Of a stretch of DNA of 34,190 bases, positions 27,564 to 34,190 are shown one piece after another. The stretch spans positions 1 through 34,190 of the forward strand of contig JAWOHE010000056.1 in NCBI GenBank assembly GCA_046485285.1, written 5' to 3'. How positions within the stretch are numbered: the first letter of the stretch is position 1; each line of letters opens with the position of its first letter. This DNA is from a bacterium. Its GTDB lineage: Bacteria; Hydrothermota; Tepidihabitantia; Tepidihabitantales; Tepidihabitantaceae. Both the position numbers and the translations under genes were made by a program. The notes beneath the pieces were generated by a model. The model was not told the DNA's origin and did not search any database. It worked only from the letters and a program-made list of their open reading frames with translations.

Positions 27564-30431
27564 TTAGTGGATGACGGCGAATTTGCCGGTGTACTCGCCA
27601 ACATCGGATTCGACGTGGAAGATGTAGACGCCCGCGGCAATGAGCTGGTCGTTGGAGTTGAGCAGGTTCCAGGACTCGGTGCCGCCCCGCTCCTGCGGGA
27701 AGGTCCCGTCACCGGTGTGCCTGAGGACCTTGACCAGGTCGCCCGACGTCGTGAAGATCCGCACCGTGCAGTTGAGCGGCAGGTGCGTGAACTTGACCAT
27801 CCGGCTCTCGGTGCTCCGCTCCCACTCGTTGAAGACGATATAGGGGTTCGGCACGACCTTGACGTTGAGCGCGTAGGTCGAGTCGGTGTCCTCGACGCCC
27901 GGCGTCGCGGTCAGCTCGTAGACGTTGTAGCCGGGCGCGGTGCCCCTCGACTTGTGGCCGAGGGTCATGAACTTGTCGCCGACCTGGATGCTCGAGATGA
28001 GCGCACCGAGCGTGTCGCCCCGGCCCAGTTCCTGGTTCCAGTTGAGCGCGACGTAGCCGCCACAGATGTAGATGTGGGCGGTCCGCGTCTTGAGCGTGTC
28101 GGTCGGGTTCCGGAACAGGTTGTCGACGAAGCACCAGCCGTTGGCGTTGAGCGGCCCCTGGCCGGTCGTCAGGAACGGCGCGAAGGGCAGCTCGAGCCCG
28201 CCGTGGGTCTCGTCGTAGACCTTGACGGTCAGGAGGCCGGCGCCGAGGTCGGCCCACTCGATTCGGTAGTCCGCGCCCCGGAACGCCCACATCGCCTGCT
28301 GGGTCACCGAGGCCGCCGCCCGCAGTTTCTCGGGCGGGTAGCCGCCGGCGAGGACCCAGGCCGTGTCGTGGGCCCGCGGCGGGATGTCGACCCGGAGCGC
28401 CAGGCTCATTTCCTGGCCGTTGAAGACCGGCACCGACTGCTGGAAGGCGGTCCCGACCGCGTAGGTGAACGCGGTCGTGTCGATGACCAGCGCGCTGGTC
28501 GCCGGGTCCTCGACGAAGTAGCGGTAGCGGGACCGGCTCGTCCCGACGTACTCCGGCCCGAGGAACCTGAGCCGGTAGGGCTTGTCGGTGACCTCGTAGG
28601 GGATGACGACGCTCGGGGTCAGCGTGAGCCCCGGGTTGGTCGTGTCGCCCGAAACCGTCTGGACCCGCGCCTCCGGCGGCGTGTAGTTGACCGGGTTCCA
28701 GCGCGGGACGGTCGACCAGTTGGCGATGATGCCGCTCCTGAGGACCAGCGTGTCCCACGCGACCGGCTCGCCCTGTTCGTTGGTGTCCGTCGTCGTGTAG
28801 TTCCAGTCGTAGGCGGTGACGCAGTAGTAGTAGGTGTAGCCGTTGACGACCCGGTTGTCGGTGACGCTGTAGCGGACGCCGGTGTCGGTCGCCTTGATCC
28901 AGAGGCTGTCGGGAAGCGAGCTGTCGCCGCCCGGCGGGTACTCGAAGATGATGCTGTCGGCCTTGTCGAACTGGGCCAGGATGCCCCAGTCCGCGCCGTT
29001 CCTCGACTTGTAGACGACGTAGCCCTGGAAGTCGTAGGGCAGGTACTTGGCGTCGTAGCCCGGGCTCTCCGGGTTGCCCGCGACCTTCTCCCAGTACTTG
29101 TCGATCGCCGACTCGGCGAGGTTGTCCCAGACGATCCGGACCGTGTTGTCGCCCGGGACGAGCGTGATGCCCGGCGAGGGCGGCGGGCCGGGCAGGAGCC
29201 AGCCCTGGTCGTAGATGAACTGGGCGGTGTTGGCGAGCCGGCCGAGGTCGGCGAGTTCGTCGTTGTAGGGCGAGCGGCGCGACTCCCAGCTCTGGCCCCA
29301 TTCGCCGTAGGGTGCGGCGATGCAGGCGATGATCAGCACCTCGACCTGGCCCGGCGCGAGGTTGAACGGCCCCGAGCACTGGACGAAGCGCTTGTCGGCC
29401 GGCGCGAGGTCGACCGAGTCGTAGGGCGAGAAGACGCCGGTCCGGTAGTCGAAGCCCGCCATCGTCAGGTACTGCGACGCGTCGGTCACCGGGTCGATGT
29501 CGATGGTGAACTTCTTGAACGCGGTCATCCCGAGCCGCCGGGTCGTGTCGTCCGGGTTGCGCGGGCTCTCGAGGAACTTGTAGGCGACGACGCCCGGCGT
29601 GCCCTCTTCCCACTGGAGGCGGGCGTTGATGACCTCGATGTTGTCGTTGTCGCCGACGAAGCCGACGTCGCGCACCCAGCCGACGCCCGCGACCGAGTCG
29701 TTGAGCAGGGTGCCGACCATGTCGTCGGAGTGCTCGCCGACGTCCGGGTCCATCAGCGCGCCCATGTAGCAGTTGCGGAGGGTGTCGACCCCGACGTTGC
29801 GGACCTTGTAGATGATGAAGAAGATGTCCTGGTTGGCCGGGTAGTTCCACGCGTAGACGGTCTGGTAGACCTCGATTTCCTGCGGGTAGCCGGGCGCGAT
29901 GTGGTTCTCTTCGCCGACATCGGAGTAGACCATCCACATGTCCTGGAGCGAGAACGCGTCGTGGGGGACGAGGCTCGTGTCGACGTCCGGCCAGCGGTCG
30001 GCCGGCGGCGGCCAGTCGCCCGGGAACTGGTAGACCCGGTCGGCCGGGTCGCCGGCGCCGCCCTCCTTGTGCCGGGCCGCGAACGGCGACATCTCGCTGC
30101 CGCCCGAGTTCGGGTTGTAGCCGAAGGTCACCAGCGTGTCGACCTTGCCGTCGGCCCGGGTCTTCAGGCTCCCGAACCAGAGCCCGGCCCCGAAGATGTA
30201 CATGTTCTTGTACGGCTGGGGCCAGGAACCGCCCGCTTCGCCGCCGCCCCGGGTCGGGTCGTAGCCGTAGCGGCCGTCGTTGTGGAACGGGCAGAGCCAC
30301 TTGTTGATGTTCAGCCACTTCATGTCGTAGATGCGCCGGGCCGCGGGCGGCTCGGTCGCCGTCCGGGCCAGGGCCGCCCCGACAAGGAGCAGCAGCAGCC
30401 CGCCCGCAATCAGCTTCTTGTAAGCTCTCAT
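27564..30431 (-). CDS. Large secreted protein with Fn3-like domain and FlgD-Ig/T9SS-CTD-like C-terminus
   Basis: Signal peptide; DFQGY.VYKS, V.NG.TYYY.VTAYD; tail VKVVPNPY...RIFTTSGDLVK...WNL......IAAGVYIFHV...GKFAVI. Confidence 0.85.
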   Translation of the reverse strand: MRAYKKLIAGGLLLLLVGAALARTATEPPAARRIYDMKWLNINKWLCPFHNDGRYGYDPTRGGGEAGGSWPQPYKNMYIFGAGLWFGSLKTRADGKVDTLVTFGYNPNSGGSEMSPFAARHKEGGAGDPADRVYQFPGDWPPPADRWPDVDTSLVPHDAFSLQDMWMVYSDVGEENHIAPGYPQEIEVYQTVYAWNYPANQDIFFIIYKVRNVGVDTLRNCYMGALMDPDVGEHSDDMVGTLLNDSVAGVGWVRDVGFVGDNDNIEVINARLQWEEGTPGVVAYKFLESPRNPDDTTRRLGMTAFKKFTIDIDPVTDASQYLTMAGFDYRTGVFSPYDSVDLAPADKRFVQCSGPFNLAPGQVEVLIIACIAAPYGEWGQSWESRRSPYNDELADLGRLANTAQFIYDQGWLLPGPPPSPGITLVPGDNTVRIVWDNLAESAIDKYWEKVAGNPESPGYDAKYLPYDFQGYVVYKSRNGADWGILAQFDKADSIIFEYPPGGDSSLPDSLWIKATDTGVRYSVTDNRVVNGYTYYYCVTAYDWNYTTTDTNEQGEPVAWDTLVLRSGIIANWSTVPRWNPVNYTPPEARVQTVSGDTTNPGLTLTPSVVIPYEVTDKPYRLRFLGPEYVGTSRSRYRYFVEDPATSALVIDTTAFTYAVGTAFQQSVPVFNGQEMSLALRVDIPPRAHDTAWVLAGGYPPEKLRAAASVTQQAMWAFRGADYRIEWADLGAGLLTVKVYDETHGGLELPFAPFLTTGQGPLNANGWCFVDNLFRNPTDTLKTRTAHIYICGGYVALNWNQELGRGDTLGALISSIQVGDKFMTLGHKSRGTAPGYNVYELTATPGVEDTDSTYALNVKVVPNPYIVFNEWERSTESRMVKFTHLPLNCTVRIFTTSGDLVKVLRHTGDGTFPQERGGTESWNLLNSNDQLIAAGVYIFHVESDVGEYTGKFAVIH

Positions 30432-30440
30432 CCGTCCTCC

Positions 30441-33332
30441 TTAGAACGACAGGTTCGCGCCCAGCCTGATCTTGCGCGGCGGTCCATACCAGGTCGGCGG
30501 GTCGTTGGCGTTGTTGTATGCGGCGATGTAGCTCTCGTAGGCCTCGCGCTGGGAGATGTAGCCGTCGTGGTTGAAGTCACGCGCCGGGTGGTAGTAGAAG
30601 TCCCCGAACGCGATCCCCGAGCCGAACTCGCCGATCGTGATGCGCCGGCCGGTGTTGCTGGGCAGGCCGGTCGCGGTGTGGACGTTGTTGATGATCGTCG
30701 AGTTGAGCACGTTCGAGATGTCGCAGTTGAGCGCGAGCGAGACGCCGCCGAGCCGGAAGTCCTTGCTCACTCGGCCGTCAACCTGGAAGTTGGCCGGCAG
30801 CCGGGCCGAGTTCTCCGGCCCGGTCGGGCTGCCCCGGGTGTCGGTCGGCGTGTAGGGCGTGCCCGAGCCGTAGCTCGCGACGCCCGAGATGCTGAAGTCG
30901 CGCATCGCGATGAACGCGAAGTCGCCCGGGAACGAGAACGTCAGGTCGCCGTGGACCGTGTTGCGCTGGTCCTGGTCGAGAAAGTAGTCGATCTTATAGG
31001 GGTCGCTGCGGCCGTACTGGGTGAACGCGTCGGACGCGGTGCCCTTGGCGATCTGGAAGGTGTAGCCGGCCCGGGCCGACCAGTAGCTCGACAGCAACTT
31101 GGTCAGCGTCGCCTCGAAGCCCTGGATCCGGGCGTACTCGACGTTGTAGAACATCGAGTAGGGCTGGGGCAGCGCCGGCACGACCCGGATGCCGGACAGG
31201 TCGAAGACGTCCTTGTAGAACGCGGTCACGTCGAACTGGAAGACGTCGGTCAGCTGGGCGTCGAACCCGAACTCGTAGGCGATCGTCTTCTCCGCGCCCA
31301 TGTCCGCGTTGCCGACGATGACGTTGCCGCGGCCGCGCAGCTCCGCCGCGCTCTTGTCGGCGTAGGTGTAGAGGTTGTTGAACATCGGGTTCTTGAAGAA
31401 GTGCCCGTAGCTGAACCGGAACTTGACCCGCTCGGTTATCGGGTAGCTGACCCCGAGCCGCGGCGACACCCGCCACTTGGCGGCGACCGGCAGCATCGAG
31501 TCGGAGATTTCCGGCCGCGCGCCGAGCGACTCCGGGAACGCCCGGACCTTCGCCTTCGAGTCGAGGTAGTCGAGCCGGAGACCGGCGCGGACGACCAGGT
31601 CCTCGAAGTCGGCCTTGTCCTGGAGGTAGCCGGCGACGACCAGCGGCTCGTAGTTGAACGCGTCCCAGAACGGGTTCGGGTCCCACGGCAGCGAGTTCTC
31701 GTAGACCGATATCGAGTACTGGGTCACGTTGATGCCGGTCTTGATCTCGTGGACCTTGTTGACGTTCCGGGTGAAATCGAACTTGCCGATGTACTGGTCG
31801 GTCCCGCGGTAGTGCCAGGACCGGTTGTCGCCCTCGGTGACGAACAGCCCGGCGACCCCGAACGGGTTGTTGGTCAGCGCGTAGGCGGTCAGGAAGTTGT
31901 GCTCGCCCGGGTGGCCGTAGACCTTGTTGCCCTCCCGGTCAAGCCAATAGGACCGGTAGAGGTTCAGCACCGCCTGCTGGCGCGACTTGCTGATCTTCTC
32001 CTCGGGCACGCCGTCCTTGCGGTCCTGCTCGGCGTACTTCTCGTAGTCGAAAACCCAGTCCTCGCCCCGGAAGAGGAACCGCGGGTAGATGCCGGAACTG
32101 CGCATGAAGCCCCAGAAGCCGACCGTGTCCGCGGCCTCGGCCGCGAAGTTCCGCACCGCCCGCATCAGCCCGGTGCTGAAGTAGCCGAACTTCGCCTCGT
32201 AGAGCGTCGTCGGGCTCAGCAGGTGGTTGACCGTGACGTTGCCCTTGTAGGACGTCACCCGGTTCGCGTAGAGCGCGTCGAGGAAGAACCGGTAGCTGTG
32301 CGAGTAGCTCCGCCACTGGTAGTTCGAGTGGTGGCCGTCGACGGTCAGCTTCAGCCCCTCGTAGGTCAGCGGGAACTCCTTCGGCATCTGGAACGTCAGC
32401 TTGCCCTCGGCGGCATACTCGCCGCGCGGCGCGAGCCCGGTGTTGTAGCGGACGTTCTGGTCGTCGTCGGTCCGGTAGTACTCGGTCGAGACGAAGTAGC
32501 GCAGGCGGTTCCAGAGCGGTATCGGCCCGCCCAGCGACAGGCTCAACCGGTTGTAGCCGTAGTTGTAGTCCGCGCGCGGGAAGATCTCGTCGGTCGCGTA
32601 GCGCAACCGGCCGGTCGTCCGGGCGCCGCCCTCGCGCGTCACCGCCTTGATGATGCCCGACATCGCCTCGCCGTACTCGGCGTCGAACCCGCCGGTGATG
32701 ACGACCACCGACTGCAGCGCGTCGGTCGTCGGCCGCGGGCTCGACCACAGCGTCCCGTAGACCGCGTCCTGGGCCGCGACGCCGTCGACGAGGTACGAGA
32801 CGTCGTCGAACCGGCCGCCGCGGATGAAAGTGTGCGACGCGTTCTGGGTGATGCCGGCCTGCATCCCGACCAGCTCGGCCAGGTTCGTCACCGGCAGGCG
32901 CTTGAACTGCTCGTCGGTTATCACCCGCTCGATGTTCACCCCGGTGCGGTTCACCAGCTCGACCTTCTTCGCGACGACATCGACCTGGACGCCGACGTCG
33001 ACCACCGTCTCGGCGAGCCGGAAATCCACCGTCACGGTCTGGTCCTGGACCACCTGGACGTCGGTCACCGTCTGCGGGTTGTAGCCGAAGTATGACGCGG
33101 TGATCCGGTAGCGGCCCGGCGGCACGTTGATTATCTGGTAGCGGCCGTTGACGTCGGTCGCCGCGCCCAGCTCGGTCTCCTCGAGAATCACGTTCGTGCC
33201 GACCAGCGCCTCGCCGGTCTTCCGGTCAATCACCCGGCCGGTGATCGTCCCGACGTTCGCCGCGAACGCCGGGAGGGCGACCGCGAGCGCCAGCAGGACG
33301 GCACCAGCTCTTGTCACGAAATCCCTTCGCAT
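30441..33332 (-). CDS. TonB-dependent receptor with N-terminal carboxypeptidase-regulatory-like domain
   Basis: GTITGRVID..TGEAL.G.NV; plug IRGGR, GGFDAEYG..MSG; SPRLGVSYPI; YFLDQDQRNT; terminal Phe. Confidence 0.93.
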   Translation of the reverse strand: MRRDFVTRAGAVLLALAVALPAFAANVGTITGRVIDRKTGEALVGTNVILEETELGAATDVNGRYQIINVPPGRYRITASYFGYNPQTVTDVQVVQDQTVTVDFRLAETVVDVGVQVDVVAKKVELVNRTGVNIERVITDEQFKRLPVTNLAELVGMQAGITQNASHTFIRGGRFDDVSYLVDGVAAQDAVYGTLWSSPRPTTDALQSVVVITGGFDAEYGEAMSGIIKAVTREGGARTTGRLRYATDEIFPRADYNYGYNRLSLSLGGPIPLWNRLRYFVSTEYYRTDDDQNVRYNTGLAPRGEYAAEGKLTFQMPKEFPLTYEGLKLTVDGHHSNYQWRSYSHSYRFFLDALYANRVTSYKGNVTVNHLLSPTTLYEAKFGYFSTGLMRAVRNFAAEAADTVGFWGFMRSSGIYPRFLFRGEDWVFDYEKYAEQDRKDGVPEEKISKSRQQAVLNLYRSYWLDREGNKVYGHPGEHNFLTAYALTNNPFGVAGLFVTEGDNRSWHYRGTDQYIGKFDFTRNVNKVHEIKTGINVTQYSISVYENSLPWDPNPFWDAFNYEPLVVAGYLQDKADFEDLVVRAGLRLDYLDSKAKVRAFPESLGARPEISDSMLPVAAKWRVSPRLGVSYPITERVKFRFSYGHFFKNPMFNNLYTYADKSAAELRGRGNVIVGNADMGAEKTIAYEFGFDAQLTDVFQFDVTAFYKDVFDLSGIRVVPALPQPYSMFYNVEYARIQGFEATLTKLLSSYWSARAGYTFQIAKGTASDAFTQYGRSDPYKIDYFLDQDQRNTVHGDLTFSFPGDFAFIAMRDFSISGVASYGSGTPYTPTDTRGSPTGPENSARLPANFQVDGRVSKDFRLGGVSLALNCDISNVLNSTIINNVHTATGLPSNTGRRITIGEFGSGIAFGDFYYHPARDFNHDGYISQREAYESYIAAYNNANDPPTWYGPPRKIRLGANLSF

Positions 33333-33341
33333 CGCTTCCTC

Positions 33342-34106
33342 CTACTCCACGACCCGGATCCGGATGCCCCAGACCGTCCCGACCGCGGTTCCGGACACCG
33401 CCGGGTCCAGCTCCAGCCGGTCACCGACGACCTCGTAGGTCACGTCGATTGGCGTCTGGGTCGCGTAGAGCGTGAACACCCCGGGCTCGGTCAGCGGCAC
33501 TCGGTCCGACCGCGACGTCAGGAACTCGTACCGCTTCCCCCGGAAATACACGTACGCGGCAACGTCGCCGATCGTCGAGAGAATCCCGGTCTGGCGCACC
33601 GTCAGCGAATCCCCGACCCGGAACGTCGGCAACTCCTCGGTCGTGTAGAACCGCTGCATCCCGTAGTTCAGCGTGTCGGGCCGGAGCAGCATTCGAAACG
33701 TCGTGTCGGCCATCCCGACCCGCTTCGCCACCAGCCCCATGTAGACCACGTAGGGCGCGTCGTTCGGGTTCGGCGCGTAAAACCGCGACCCGCCCGACCA
33801 CTTCCACGGCGACCAGGACCCGCCCGACTTCCGGAGCACCGCGCCGTCGATGCTCGCGCCCTCGAAGGTCTTCACGACCTCCCGCGAAATCGGCGAGAAA
33901 ACCTGCTCGAAAAACGGCAGGGCCAGCGTCTCGCCCGGCTGGGTCTCGATCAGCGAATCACGCAGGTACTTCGTGTAGCTGAACGCACGGTACCTCAGGA
34001 GGCCCGGGATGGACTCCACCACCGTCACGGTCGCGGTCGTCTCGTACGCCCAGGTCGTCTCCGCGCCGGCCACGGTCACCAGCGTGTCCACCGACGCGAT
34101 GAACGA
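33342..34106 (-). CDS. Hypothetical protein, 5' end lost or corrupted at the contig end
   Basis: Open frame coupled to the TBDR by a 9-nt SD-containing spacer; the apparent N-terminus (34107-34166) is just the inverted copy. Confidence 0.65.
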   Translation of the reverse strand, partial: SFIASVDTLVTVAGAETTWAYETTATVTVVESIPGLLRYRAFSYTKYLRDSLIETQPGETLALPFFEQVFSPISREVVKTFEGASIDGAVLRKSGGSWSPWKWSGGSRFYAPNPNDAPYVVYMGLVAKRVGMADTTFRMLLRPDTLNYGMQRFYTTEELPTFRVGDSLTVRQTGILSTIGDVAAYVYFRGKRYEFLTSRSDRVPLTEPGVFTLYATQTPIDVTYEVVGDRLELDPAVSGTAVGTVWGIRIRVVE

Positions 34107-34190
34107 CGGCGCGGAGACGACCTGGGCGTACGAGACGACCGCGACCGTGACGGTGGTGGAGTCCATCCCGGGCCTCCTGAGGTACCGTGC
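33985..34190. repeat. Perfect 84-bp inverted repeat (33985-34068 / 34107-34190) running to the last base
   Basis: Exact reverse complement with a 38-nt loop; the right arm ends at the sequence end. Confidence 0.95.

Noticed and set aside
24366-33095. 2909-aa plus-strand ORF
   Set aside because: Codon-aligned antisense shadow of four in-register, high-GC3 genes that avoid TTA/CTA/TCA; the translation is R/V/G/D-rich with no domain motifs

Overview
High-GC bacterial chromosomal window, apparently a whole contig: it begins inside an IS3-family element and ends in a fold-back inverted repeat. The Kelch-like and CTD-bearing secreted proteins and the PorV-like barrel suggest an FCB-allied candidate phylum such as WOR-3 (inference). 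The left two-thirds is mostly housekeeping: fabD-truD plus a peptidase/PD40/Omp85-like fusion, uvrA, zapB-zapA-6S RNA-rny-ymdB, rsmD-coaD-obgE-dprA, a lone receiver protein, an ABC-F/ArfB/GyrI-like operon and a PKD-PQQ lipoprotein. The right third is a minus-strand envelope cassette with no SusD: TonB-dependent receptor, a 955-aa protein with a T9SS-CTD-like tail, a PorV/PorQ-like barrel and a clostripain (C11) protease, followed by a Kelch-like secreted protein. The most notable unexplained items are this cassette (including an EF-hand loop in the receptor), a ~900-nt highly base-paired non-coding region upstream of uvrA beside a degenerate GIY-YIG-like gene, a 17-copy 12-bp array next to a short XRE-type gene, and repeated 16-bp-spacer promoters that look leaderless.
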